A DNA stretch of 64,000 nt from Planctomycetota bacterium (GTDB lineage Bacteria > Planctomycetota > PLA2 > JAEUHO01), in assembly GCA_965222115.1 (NCBI GenBank), contig CBDCTJ010000007.1:2496001-2560000 (forward strand), read 5' to 3'. The position numbers and the translations under genes were made by a program. The notes under the pieces are model-generated. The model saw only the letters and a list, made by a program, of their open reading frames with translations. It was not told where the DNA came from and ran no database searches. Positions 40,003-49,666 of this stretch are shown piece by piece; the stretch's first letter is position 1, and every line of letters begins with the position of its first letter.

Positions 40003-40820
40003 CGTGGCGCTCCACCCGGTCGCGTGGGCGCGGTTGCTTCAAGGCGAGCCACGAACTCCGGTGAAAATCCCGCAGCGCCTCGGCTGGGGCCATCAAAGTC
40101 TTTACCGCGAGCGCGTTCCGGACCGTTAGGTGGGACCACGTGTTCGATGTAGGCGTCCCACATGGTCTGTTCAGTCCGTTTCCACTTTTTGAGCCACGCC
40201 CAGGCGAAGGCAACGTGACGAATCTCATCTTCATGTACGGTTCGAAGAATCTTCGCTGTCTTCTTGTCATTCGCATCGTCCGCCGCACGGGCCAGTTCGA
40301 GTGCAAAGTCAAGATTCGCGCTCTCATAGGTCATTCCCATTGCGCAAATGAAGCGAAGCGGCGTCGTATAGGTGTCTACGCGCCGCCAAAAGTGTGCGGT
40401 AACGGGCAGCGCGCCAAATGTGCTCCCAAGTTCACTCAGCCGTTCCATGTAGAGCCGCAAATGACGTTGCTCATCGGCAATAATCTGAACGCACCCAGCG
40501 CGAAAGGCATCGGGCGTATCGGGGAAGGCCAACAGCGCATAGGCAAACAACTCGATGGCTTGCAACTCGTGATTCGCGTGGGCGTGAAGAATGCGAATCC
40601 GTTGCGCGGGATCCTTCAATCCGGACGGCGGCGGCACACGAACGCGGCGGGTGTAGTCGATGGCAAGCGCGCCGGGGCGACCCGGCAAGTGTTCTGTGTT
40701 TGTGGGCAGCGGAAGTCGCGCCTCGACGGCATCGCGCAATTCACGGGGCGGCGGGCGGAGCTTTTCATCCAACTCGTCTGTCGCCACCAAATGCAGCGCA
40801 TAGGCCGACACCGAATCCAT
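39999..40820 (-). CDS. ferritin-like DUF455 family protein
   Basis: LH..ANHELQAIE, DEQRH, E..NLD, DEIRHV diiron motifs. Confidence 0.85.
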   Translation of the reverse strand: MDSVSAYALHLVATDELDEKLRPPPRELRDAVEARLPLPTNTEHLPGRPGALAIDYTRRVRVPPPSGLKDPAQRIRILHAHANHELQAIELFAYALLAFPDTPDAFRAGCVQIIADEQRHLRLYMERLSELGSTFGALPVTAHFWRRVDTYTTPLRFICAMGMTYESANLDFALELARAADDANDKKTAKILRTVHEDEIRHVAFAWAWLKKWKRTEQTMWDAYIEHVVPPNGPERARGKDFDGPSRGAAGFSPEFVARLEATAPTRPGGAPR

Positions 40821-40822
40821 TT

Positions 40823-41341
40823 TCAGTTCGTGTCCTCGTGAGGGGAACTTACTTTCGGTACGCCGTGCAGCGCAAGATGCAAGTTGGTAAAGCGGATATC
40901 CGTACTCACGTCGGTCCACAGCCAGCCGATGGGTGGATGGGGTGCGGGCTCACCCTCATCCACTTCCCGCTCCACAAGGATGAGTCCGGTCAACGCGCTC
41001 CCAAAGACGTCGACCTCGAGGCCCTCGTACAGATAGCGCGTCTTCTTGATGCAGGCGAGTGACTGGTTCATCAGCGTGGAAGCGTCTGGCAGTGGGATTT
41101 CATACTCCAGTTCACCGGACACGCGAGGCCCCGCGTCATTTGACGTGGATCGCGTTTCGTCGTTCGCGGGCCATTTGATGGTTAGCGACCCCTTGCCTGC
41201 GCGTACACGCACCCGGACTACGGGCGCTGCCGAAGAGAGGTAGCCCTGCGAGATTTCAGTGGACGGGGCGGCGATCAGTCGAGCTCTCGCGGCATCCGAA
41301 ATCGACGTCACATGAAATTTCCATTCGCGTTCAATAGCCAT
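40823..41341 (-). CDS. CYTH domain protein
   Basis: ERExKF, I.QGYL, RVR, LTIK, E.EYEIP, K.RY, EVDVF. Confidence 0.88.
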   Translation of the reverse strand: MAIEREWKFHVTSISDAARARLIAAPSTEISQGYLSSAAPVVRVRVRAGKGSLTIKWPANDETRSTSNDAGPRVSGELEYEIPLPDASTLMNQSLACIKKTRYLYEGLEVDVFGSALTGLILVEREVDEGEPAPHPPIGWLWTDVSTDIRFTNLHLALHGVPKVSSPHEDTN

Positions 41342-41348
41342 TGCCGCC

Positions 41349-43613
41349 TCACGAACGCGGTAGCGGCGGTGGGCGCGCCGCGAGGTATTGCCTAGGCCAC
41401 GGTTGCCGCTGATCGCGATATGCCGCACCGGCGGCAAGCGTCAGGTGTGGATTTAGGAGGTGAGGACGAGCTAGCGCACATAGATCCGCACGGCCCGCTC
41501 CTATCACCGTGTTGGCGTGGTCCCAGCCTTGAATACCACCCACCGCCATCACGGAAATGCCCACTTCGTGTCGAATGCGATCTGCAAAGGGAACTTGATA
41601 CATACGACCGTAGACCGGTTTCGAGCGTGGTGAGTTGCCCGCGCTGGAGACATCGATCAAGTCACAGCCTCGCGACTTGAGCGCGTGGGCAAGCGCAACG
41701 GATTCATCGACGGTCCACCCCTTGTTGCCAAGCCAATCAGTTGCCGAGATGCGGACCGCCAGCGGTCTGTCATCGGGCCAGACGTCGCGCACGGCATCAA
41801 AGACCTCTAGGGGATAGCGCATGCGGTTTTCGGTGGTGCCGCCGTATTCATCGTCGCGCCTGTTGGAAAGCGGCGAGAGAAAACTCGACAGGAGGTAGCC
41901 GTGGGCCATGTGTAGTTCAACGAGATCGAAACCCAGTCTCAGTGCACGTTGCGTGGATGCGACGAATTCATCCTTGACCGCGTCCCTATGCGCTCGTGTC
42001 ATGGCCGTGGGGACGTGCCAGCCTTCGTCAAAGGGAGTGGCCGATGGACCAATCGTCTCCCAGGCGTCGTCACCGCGAAGGGGCGCGTCACCGTCCCAAG
42101 GTAGCGCGCACGAACCTTTGCGACCCGCATGCGCGAGCTGGATGCCCATGGCTGTTGTGCTGTTTTCACGAATGAACCCGAGTACGCGTGCCCACGCGGC
42201 TTCTTGCTCGTCGGTATAGAGTCCCGCACACCCTTTCGTGATGCGTCCCTGTTCCGATACGTCGGTCATCTCGGTAATGACAAGGCCGGCGCCGCCGAGC
42301 GCTAGGCTTCCGAGGTGCACCAAGTGCCAGTCCGTTGGGCATCCGTTCACGGCCGAGTATTGGCACATGGGGGAAACAACGATGCGATTGGGCAGCGTTA
42401 GCTCTCGCAGTGCGTAGGGCGTAAGCGCCGGAACAGGCGCGTCTTCCTGATCCTTGTCAAACGAGACGCCCGCCTGATCGGCAAACCACGCCGTAGCCTG
42501 CTCAACCAGTTCTGGATCGCGCAAGGCAAGGTTGTCATACGTAATGCGCTTGGAGCGCGTCATGAGATTGAACATGAACTGCAGTGGATTTTGCTGCATG
42601 TATCGTTCACTGTTTTCAAACCACTCCAGGCTGGTTTGTGCAGCATGTTGAATGCGCTCGACTTGGTCCTTGCGTATGGATTCGTAGCGCGCCAAAGCAC
42701 CCGGTATGTCGTCGAGGCCACCGTCTTTGAGGGCATCCACGAGCACAATCGCGTCTTCCATCGCCAATTTTGTACCCGAGCCGATCGAGAAGTGTGCCGT
42801 GTGGGCCGCGTCACCCAAAATGACGACATGGTCGCGGTGCCACGTCTTACAGCGAATCGTAGGAAACGTCCGCCACATGCTCTTGTTGCACAGCACGGGG
42901 TGGCCGTCCAAGTCATCTCGAAACAACGCTTCGACGTAGGCAACCGTGTCCTCGTCCGTGGCGGTGTCGAGCCCGGCACGTTTCCAGGTCGTCTCCGTAC
43001 ACTCCACGATGAACGTGCTGAGATTTGGCTCAAACGGGTAGGCGTGAACCTGAAACAGCCCATGTTCGTTTGCTCGGAACAGGAACGTAAACGCGCTGAG
43101 GGGTTTGGTTGTGCCCAACCAACTAAACTTGCATTTGCGCCAATCGAGATCGGGTTGAAAGTGCTCGGGATAGGCGTCCCGCACAACGCTGTGAATGCCA
43201 TCGCCGGCTACGACAAGGTCGGCGGTGGGAAGTGCTTCGAGTGATTCGACGCGTGTCTCGTAGTCAATCGTGGCGCCCAATGCCTCGGCACGCGTGCGCA
43301 GAATGTCCAGGAGCGTGCGACGCGCCAAGCCGCAGAAGCCATGTCCCGTGGAGCGAATACAGCGCTCCCCGATATAGGTCTCGATGTCGGTCCAATACGC
43401 AAAGGCGTTTTCAATGCTGGCGAACGACTCGGGATCCGCTTCGCGCAGGCCATCCAAGGTCTCGTCCGAGAACACGACGCCCCAACCAAAGGTGTCGCCG
43501 CGCGGGTTCTGCTCGCGAAGATGAACGCGAACATCGGGAAACGCCTTGCGCATGAGAATCGCGAAATAGAGCGAGGCGGGTCCGGCGCCGATGCACTCAA
43601 CAGATTTCGCCAT
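41349..43613 (-). CDS. bifunctional salicylyl-CoA 5-hydroxylase / flavin oxidoreductase family protein
   Basis: GAGPA, TFGWGVVFSD, GDAAHTAHFSIGSGTKLA; OYE-like half with PMCQYSA, QLAHAGRK, HMAHGYLL. Confidence 0.9.
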   Translation of the reverse strand: MAKSVECIGAGPASLYFAILMRKAFPDVRVHLREQNPRGDTFGWGVVFSDETLDGLREADPESFASIENAFAYWTDIETYIGERCIRSTGHGFCGLARRTLLDILRTRAEALGATIDYETRVESLEALPTADLVVAGDGIHSVVRDAYPEHFQPDLDWRKCKFSWLGTTKPLSAFTFLFRANEHGLFQVHAYPFEPNLSTFIVECTETTWKRAGLDTATDEDTVAYVEALFRDDLDGHPVLCNKSMWRTFPTIRCKTWHRDHVVILGDAAHTAHFSIGSGTKLAMEDAIVLVDALKDGGLDDIPGALARYESIRKDQVERIQHAAQTSLEWFENSERYMQQNPLQFMFNLMTRSKRITYDNLALRDPELVEQATAWFADQAGVSFDKDQEDAPVPALTPYALRELTLPNRIVVSPMCQYSAVNGCPTDWHLVHLGSLALGGAGLVITEMTDVSEQGRITKGCAGLYTDEQEAAWARVLGFIRENSTTAMGIQLAHAGRKGSCALPWDGDAPLRGDDAWETIGPSATPFDEGWHVPTAMTRAHRDAVKDEFVASTQRALRLGFDLVELHMAHGYLLSSFLSPLSNRRDDEYGGTTENRMRYPLEVFDAVRDVWPDDRPLAVRISATDWLGNKGWTVDESVALAHALKSRGCDLIDVSSAGNSPRSKPVYGRMYQVPFADRIRHEVGISVMAVGGIQGWDHANTVIGAGRADLCALARPHLLNPHLTLAAGAAYRDQRQPWPRQYLAARPPPLPRS

Positions 43614-43807
43614 CGGGGTTCCTTTCGGGGTGGGGTGCAGGCGGCCAATCAAAACGTGCCGGAAGTCCTGCAGCGCGGCAAGCCCTGCCGGAGGTCAATT
43701 TGTTGTTTCCAGCCCGAACTTTGCGCCAACCCTCGCTACGGGTTCCCGGCCACCCAGGCGCCCGCGTAGCATGGCGCGACCATTAGATTCGTGTCGGAGG
43801 ACTGCCC

Positions 43808-45415
43808 GTGTTCGGACTTCACAAGCGTTCAAATTTTGGCGTTCGGTATGCGCTCGGTGCCGTCTTGGTGCTCGCCATTGCCACGACGTCGTGGGCAAAG
43901 AGTGCCCAGTCCACCGATGATACGCCCGCCAAATCGGTTGCAGCAACTACGCAATCCATCGCCGACACCACCACGGCAACGGGTTGGCTTGTTCCAAAGG
44001 ATCCCGAAAAGGTCAAGGTCGAACTCAAGCAGTATTCCGGCAAGCTTGAAGTCATCGAAGCGCACCCCGAGGGTCCCGTCAAAGCGGGCGATGTATTGGT
44101 TCGCTTCGACACCGAGGACATTGACAAGGCGATTGAGAAGGCCGAACGAGCCACCGCCCTCTCCAAGATCAAGATGCAAGAGGCCGAGATCAACTTGGCC
44201 CACGCGCGTGCCACGGCCGAACGAGCGTTCAAGTGGGCGGAGCGCAACCACCGCATTTATAAGGACAACTACGATCGCTACCTCGAAGTCGAACGCGCGA
44301 TTCGCGAGGAGTCCGAAGATTTGAGCTTCCAGTGGGACATCGATTCGCTTAATGATCAGCGCGAAGAATTCGAGCAGCTTGAAAAGATGTACAAGGATGA
44401 CGACCTCACGGAAGAGACGGAGGAGATCGTGCTGCGCCGTACGGCACGGCGTTTGGCGCGGAGTGAGCGTTATTTCGAGTTCTCGAAGATCCGACATGAG
44501 CACTGGAAAAAGACGTATATGGACCGCGAGCTGGAGCGCCGGCGTTACAACTTGGAAAATGCCGAAGCAACGATGGAGAAGAAGCGCAAAACGTGGCGCT
44601 TTGCAGTTGAGCGCCAGGAGATTGGCATTGTCGATGTGCGCGAAGGGCACGAAGAAACGCTGAAGAAGTTGACGGAACTTCGTAAGGATCTCGACCTGCT
44701 GGTGGTCAAGGCGCCGGTATCAGGATTCGCCGTACCTGCCGCATTTTCGGGAACCAAATGGAGCGGCCGCGCCGATCGAGCGGATCGCTACCGTCCCGAG
44801 GACAAGCTCAAGGCGGGCAGCGTGATCTATACGATTTTGCCCACATGGACCGTACGTGTGCGCTGCACGGTAAAAGACGAAGATATCGATGGCATCGAGG
44901 TTGGGTCGCCGGCCTATGTTGAACGCACGAGCACGTGCAAGGGCGAGGGCATGATTGAGGGCAAGATTACCTATGTCTCGCCCCTGCCGTCCGATGGCAA
45001 GTACGTGGTGTGGGTCAAGTTGCCGCAGGAGATTGATGGACTGCGTCCCGGTCAGAAGACCAAGGTCGAACTACCCACATCGGAGATGCGGGAGGCTATC
45101 TGCGTCCCCAAGGACTGCCTCCGTGAGAAAAAGAAGAAGCACTTCGTGTATCCCATCGGCAATGACAAGGGCGTGGAAGTCGAGGTAGGAGCCCGCATGA
45201 ACGGGCTGGTGGAGATCGAGAGCGGGCTTGAGGAAGGGCAAGAACTGCAGGCGAAGCCGCCCAAGGAGGCCAAGAAAGAAAAGAAGAAGAAGGACGACAC
45301 CAAAGAAGAGAAAGACGAGAAGAAAGAAGAAAAGCAGGACAGCGAAAAGAAGGACGACAAGAAAAAGGACGACGCGGGCGATGAGTCCGCTGACGACAAG
45401 AAAAAGAGCAAGTAG
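43808..45415 (+). CDS. HlyD-family periplasmic adaptor-like protein
   Basis: Signal peptide, VKAGDVLVRFD, long coiled coil, KAPVSG, LRPG, VEIESGL; K/D/E-rich tail. Confidence 0.8.
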   Translation: MFGLHKRSNFGVRYALGAVLVLAIATTSWAKSAQSTDDTPAKSVAATTQSIADTTTATGWLVPKDPEKVKVELKQYSGKLEVIEAHPEGPVKAGDVLVRFDTEDIDKAIEKAERATALSKIKMQEAEINLAHARATAERAFKWAERNHRIYKDNYDRYLEVERAIREESEDLSFQWDIDSLNDQREEFEQLEKMYKDDDLTEETEEIVLRRTARRLARSERYFEFSKIRHEHWKKTYMDRELERRRYNLENAEATMEKKRKTWRFAVERQEIGIVDVREGHEETLKKLTELRKDLDLLVVKAPVSGFAVPAAFSGTKWSGRADRADRYRPEDKLKAGSVIYTILPTWTVRVRCTVKDEDIDGIEVGSPAYVERTSTCKGEGMIEGKITYVSPLPSDGKYVVWVKLPQEIDGLRPGQKTKVELPTSEMREAICVPKDCLREKKKKHFVYPIGNDKGVEVEVGARMNGLVEIESGLEEGQELQAKPPKEAKKEKKKKDDTKEEKDEKKEEKQDSEKKDDKKKDDAGDESADDKKKSK

Positions 45416-45419
45416 CGTC

Positions 45420-46712
45420 GTGTCCTTGCGACAGCTCACCCTGGCTGCAGCGCTGGTTATCGTCTTCGCCGCACCGGCGGGCGCTCAGGAACCCTCCGAG
45501 GGCGCGAATGCGAAGCGTGCGACACCTGAAAAGGGTGTCGATACGAAATCGAAGGAAGCGCCCAAGCCCTTGAAGGCGCCACCTCCGCTCGAGGCAGATG
45601 CGATTCGCGCAAGCATTAAGCGCGGCGTTGCGTTTCTCGTGAAGAATCAAAAGAAGCACGGTGGATGGGGATCACCGGCCACGAACCTTTGGGACATTTA
45701 CTCGCCAGCACCCGGCTCACAACGCTCCTATATGGTGGCGTCGTCTGCGTTGGCACTCTCGGCGCTCCTCAAGTACGGCGGAGATTCAAAGGACGTGCGC
45801 GCCGCCATCGATCGAGGAACCGCATATCTGCTCAAGCGCTATGCCGTGCGCCGCATCCGTGCCGACACGCTCTACAACACGTGGGCACTTGCCTATGCCT
45901 TGGAGGCGTTCGCGAGATTGCTCGACGAGGATCTTGAGCCCGAGCGAAGGATAGCCGTTCGCAAGGCTGCGAAGGGTTGCGTGGCCATGCTTCGTCGCTT
46001 CAAGTTTGTGGAGGGCGGCTGGGGCTATTACAACTTCGAAGAGATGACCAAGGACCCCGGGCCGGGATCCGTGTGTTTCACAACGGCCACGGTGTTGATT
46101 GCCATGCATATGGCGTCCAAGCACAAGATTCGGATCGATCCCAAGCTTGTCAAAGGGGCCATGAAGGTCATTACGCTTAGCAAGCGACCTGACAACGCCT
46201 TCGTCTACGGTCTCTATCTACTCTACGCCCAAACGATGGGCATCAACAAGGTGAAGGGGAGCCTTGCGCGCACGCCACCTTGTTTGCTGGCTATGGAGCT
46301 GTGGGGCGAAGACGTACCGCAGAAGAATATGCAAAAGGCGCTCGACGATCTAGAGCGCCACGGCCACTTCCTTCGCATTGCACGCAAGTATCCGTATCCC
46401 CACGAGAGTTGGTACGCGAACTCAGGCTATTTCTGTCTCTACGGCTATTACTACGCCGCCATGTGTTTGCCTTACTTGCCTGTCAAAGAACGCAGAGCTC
46501 ACGCAGCGCGGATCGCTAAGCACATGCGCAAAATGCAAGAGCGCGACGGGTCCACATGGGACTATCAGTTGCAAAACTGTCACAAGTATTACGGCACCGG
46601 CTACGCGATCCTCACGCTTGGCATGTGCTTGGACCATGGCCTCGGCAAGGCAAGCGGCAGCCGAGGTGACGAGGCCTCAGATAAGGCAAAGGCCGTCGCT
46701 CCCGGAAAGTGA
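45420..46712 (+). CDS. prenyltransferase/squalene oxidase repeat protein (exported)
   Basis: Signal peptide; RGVAFL...Q..HGGW, GGWGY, QERDGSTW repeats; Y..YGYYY. Confidence 0.78.
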   Translation: MSLRQLTLAAALVIVFAAPAGAQEPSEGANAKRATPEKGVDTKSKEAPKPLKAPPPLEADAIRASIKRGVAFLVKNQKKHGGWGSPATNLWDIYSPAPGSQRSYMVASSALALSALLKYGGDSKDVRAAIDRGTAYLLKRYAVRRIRADTLYNTWALAYALEAFARLLDEDLEPERRIAVRKAAKGCVAMLRRFKFVEGGWGYYNFEEMTKDPGPGSVCFTTATVLIAMHMASKHKIRIDPKLVKGAMKVITLSKRPDNAFVYGLYLLYAQTMGINKVKGSLARTPPCLLAMELWGEDVPQKNMQKALDDLERHGHFLRIARKYPYPHESWYANSGYFCLYGYYYAAMCLPYLPVKERRAHAARIAKHMRKMQERDGSTWDYQLQNCHKYYGTGYAILTLGMCLDHGLGKASGSRGDEASDKAKAVAPGK

Positions 46713-47536
46713 ATTTGATTCGCGAGGAACGCATCGACGAGGCCACGGATGAGCGCGTAGCAATCTACCGCATTGTTCGAGACCCCGAACTTGTGCGAAC
46801 AAGCGATGCGTTTCTTGCCGAGGGACGTCTCGTTGTACGCGCACTAATTGCGAATCGCCCGGAACTGATGCAAAGCCTCTTGGTGACACCCGCCGGTAAG
46901 AAGGCGCTGGGCGGTCTCGAATCGACGCTGCCTCCGCACGTGCCGGTCTACCTCGTCGAGCCTGAGGTGATGACGGCGATCGGCGGTATTCGTTTTCATC
47001 AGGGCTGCATTGCTGCCGCGCGTCGTCCCGCGCTGCCCACGCCCATGTCGTTCTTCGCATCTCAGCCAGTCACGAGGCGCTTGGTCTACTTGGATGGAGT
47101 CGGCAATCCGGACAATGTAGGGACCGTGATCCGTAGTGCCCTCGCTCTCGGCGCCACCGGTTTGATCATGGGACCCAAGTGCGCGAGCCCGCTCTATCGC
47201 AAAGCGCTGCGCGCATCGATGGGTGCGGCGTTGCGCTTACCGTGGACCGTCGCGGCGTCCCATGAACACGCGATCGCAGCGCTTCATAGCGCCAACATTC
47301 GCCTATTGGCCCTAACGACGTCAGACGATGCGGTACCGCTCGACTCGTTCGCGGCAACGCTAGCCACGGAAGAAAAATGGTGTTTGGCGGTGGGCTCCGA
47401 GCACGACGGCCTGTCGCCCGCCATTGAATCGGCTGCAGATGCCAAGATTGTGATCCCCATGCACGCCGAAACGGACTCCATCAACTTGGCGGCTGCTGCT
47501 GCGATCGCGTTGTATCGGCTAACTCAAAAACGATGA
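46709..47536 (+). CDS. TrmH/SpoU family RNA methyltransferase
   Basis: LD.V.NPDNVGT.IRS, RASMG, GSE.DG, IPM...DSIN.A.A. Confidence 0.92.
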   Translation: MNLIREERIDEATDERVAIYRIVRDPELVRTSDAFLAEGRLVVRALIANRPELMQSLLVTPAGKKALGGLESTLPPHVPVYLVEPEVMTAIGGIRFHQGCIAAARRPALPTPMSFFASQPVTRRLVYLDGVGNPDNVGTVIRSALALGATGLIMGPKCASPLYRKALRASMGAALRLPWTVAASHEHAIAALHSANIRLLALTTSDDAVPLDSFAATLATEEKWCLAVGSEHDGLSPAIESAADAKIVIPMHAETDSINLAAAAAIALYRLTQKR

Positions 47537-48148
47537 TGGATATGAACCAGCACTGTGTACTCGATGCACTTTCTTGTTCGTCGGACGTGGGTCCATCTCA
47601 CGCAGAGACGCTGAGTTGCAGAGACGCAGAGAGAATACGTGCCGTTCACTGGTTCGATTGAACTTGAATGTGTGCTGCTCGTCGCCGCGACTGACAGTAA
47701 ACCGCGCACGTTTGTCGTCCACATCCACTCGTACCAACTTCACGTCTCGATCAGGGTTGTCGGTGCCAATGCAATAGGCGATGTCGTGGGCTGGATCTTT
47801 ACAGCGAAGAGTCAGCGTAGTTCCGGATGCGCCATGTATCCACATGGAGATGCTAAAGACGCGTAGTGGGGGGATAGTTGGCGTGATTAGTTGCTGGTTT
47901 CTCGACGTAGCCGCTCGCGCTGAATACGGGTGCTTCCGTTCAACGAGATGGAGCAACGTATTGTCGGTTGATTTTGTTGCCAATGCTGGCGCCTCCACGT
48001 GAGGTCGAATCCATGTAAATGGCTCTTGCAACGCGCGCTGCTTGTTGCTTACGAACTCAATAGACATGATGATCGCTGCAACTGCTGCGGGAATACAAGC
48101 CGTCCAAATTAGTCGACGCAGGCGGTGCGGTAGTGGGCGGCCGGGCAT
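47519..48148 (-). CDS. hypothetical protein with N-terminal TM helix
   Basis: 209-aa ORF with a hydrophobic segment; the 3' end runs through a repeat and overlaps the trmH-like gene end. Confidence 0.45.
   Translation of the reverse strand: MPGRPLPHRLRRLIWTACIPAAVAAIIMSIEFVSNKQRALQEPFTWIRPHVEAPALATKSTDNTLLHLVERKHPYSARAATSRNQQLITPTIPPLRVFSISMWIHGASGTTLTLRCKDPAHDIAYCIGTDNPDRDVKLVRVDVDDKRARFTVSRGDEQHTFKFNRTSERHVFSLRLCNSASLREMDPRPTNKKVHRVHSAGSYPSSFLS
47595..47633 (+). repeat. 39-bp REP-like repeat, left copy
   Basis: ATCTCACGCAGAGACGCTGAGTTGCAGAGACGCAGAGAG; near reverse complement of 63216-63254 and 63585-63623. Confidence 0.75.
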
Positions 48149-48310
48149 TTCTTTACTTGTAAGTGTTTCGCCAAACCCGCCTTGTGCTTGCGCTAGTTCT
48201 TGCTTTACTTTACATTGACGAGGCGATACGCGCAGGCGTCATTGAGTTGCTGAGAATGTGGATCTGGTCCCGACGCCGTATCCCCGAGCGCTATAAAAGA
48301 GTGTGAATTC

Positions 48311-48349
48311 GTTCCTGGCACCGTATTCCCCGTATCTCCACCGTATCTC
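48311..48349. repeat. short tandem (A/C)CCGTAT(C/T) repeats next to a TTCCTGGCACC motif
   Basis: caccgtattc-cccgtatctc-caccgtatctc; CACCGTATCTC recurs at 51677-51687. Confidence 0.55.
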
Positions 48350-49652
48350 ACCACCGCCATCCGGCAGGGACGGGCTCCACCCACTTTGCTATGTGTCTTC
48401 GCCTCTCTTTATCGTCCATGCTCCAGGTACCAGACGGCGCTGAAACTAAAATCCCCCGTTCCGCCAATGCAGTCACGGTCGCGTTCCCCTCTGATATCTG
48501 TGCACGACTCAGATCCAGAACTCGGAGGCTAGGGCTCTGGGCAAGTGCACCCAACCCATCAATTGGCACACTTGAGCGGACTAACACCGCTCGTAGTCGC
48601 GGCATTTCTGCGACGCACCTCCAAAACGACGACGGGGCCAACTGGCACCGATTGAGGGCCAGGTAGCGTAGATCGACAAAGCGCCGCAGAGCATCGCCGA
48701 CACTTTGGTCCGCCTGAACCAGTCCGTCCAAACAAATCGCTTGAAGGGGCGATCCATCAGCGGAGGATGAGATGGCGCGCGTGTCGCTCGGACCCATGCG
48801 GGGGGACCGCAATGCAAGTGCGCGGATCGCTCCATTGGAGATTGCCGCCTTCAGCGTCTCGCGGCCCATGCGCCCCTGGATCCAAAGGTCCAGCCACACT
48901 GCCTGTCCGGAGTCGATCAGGCCGGGATCTGCCTCGTAGCCTCGTAGCTCCAACCCACGAAGAGTCATAGCACGATCATGACGCCCTTCAATGCGCGGCC
49001 ACCTCTTACCACTCAATCCTGACAGGCCATCGACACGAAGTGACTCAAGACGGTCAGAGTATAGAAGTTCATCGATCCAGACGCTGCGAGTGCGCGCTCC
49101 CCCAATCACCCGGAGGTGCCGCAGCCGCGGCAACCGTACGACGCTTCTGAGGAAGGTCGGGTTGGGTTGCACTGCCTCGATGGTCATCCAGACAAGCGAG
49201 GGCAATGGCGGCAGGGTGGCAGCGCTTTCCTCTCGAAAGTTCTCGCAGTTTTCGGATGAGAATATCTCCAATTGGTCAAGTCCATCTAGCCAACCCAGAT
49301 TTCGGACTACGTCACCTCCCGCGCCTCGAAGATGCAGGATACGAAGGTCCTCGAACTGCGAGACGATTCGGAGATCATCGGCACTTCGAATCGAGAATGC
49401 ACTCACTGACAAGCTGCGTACGCCAGGGAACGAAGAACTTGGCAGGCTACTTAGGCGCACTACTGCTGCCGAGTCCATAGTCAGGTGTACGGGCCCGCTC
49501 ATCTCTCTCAGGGCCGCCGAGAGGTGTTGGTCTGCGGGAATCACGGTCTCCATGCCGTCCTGATCACCCATCTCGAGATCGCTTGGATCTCTAGTGGCTA
49601 CTACAGCTACGGAGTGTTCCGGTATGTCGGTGTAGCGGAACTCAGGAAGCAT
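48348..49652 (-). CDS. leucine-rich repeat protein (immunity-position gene of orphan Rhs)
   Basis: LxxLxxLxL repeats (FEDLRILHL, LPRLRHLRV, FVDLRYLAL, SLRVLDLS); starts 14 bp after orphan Rhs stop. Confidence 0.75.
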   Translation of the reverse strand: MLPEFRYTDIPEHSVAVVATRDPSDLEMGDQDGMETVIPADQHLSAALREMSGPVHLTMDSAAVVRLSSLPSSSFPGVRSLSVSAFSIRSADDLRIVSQFEDLRILHLRGAGGDVVRNLGWLDGLDQLEIFSSENCENFREESAATLPPLPSLVWMTIEAVQPNPTFLRSVVRLPRLRHLRVIGGARTRSVWIDELLYSDRLESLRVDGLSGLSGKRWPRIEGRHDRAMTLRGLELRGYEADPGLIDSGQAVWLDLWIQGRMGRETLKAAISNGAIRALALRSPRMGPSDTRAISSSADGSPLQAICLDGLVQADQSVGDALRRFVDLRYLALNRCQLAPSSFWRCVAEMPRLRAVLVRSSVPIDGLGALAQSPSLRVLDLSRAQISEGNATVTALAERGILVSAPSGTWSMDDKERRRHIAKWVEPVPAGWRW

Positions 49653-49666
49653 TCTATTGCCCCACC

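Noticed and set aside
45260-45415. A/G-rich repetitive DNA
   Set aside because: Simply encodes the low-complexity Lys/Asp/Glu tail of the HlyD-like protein
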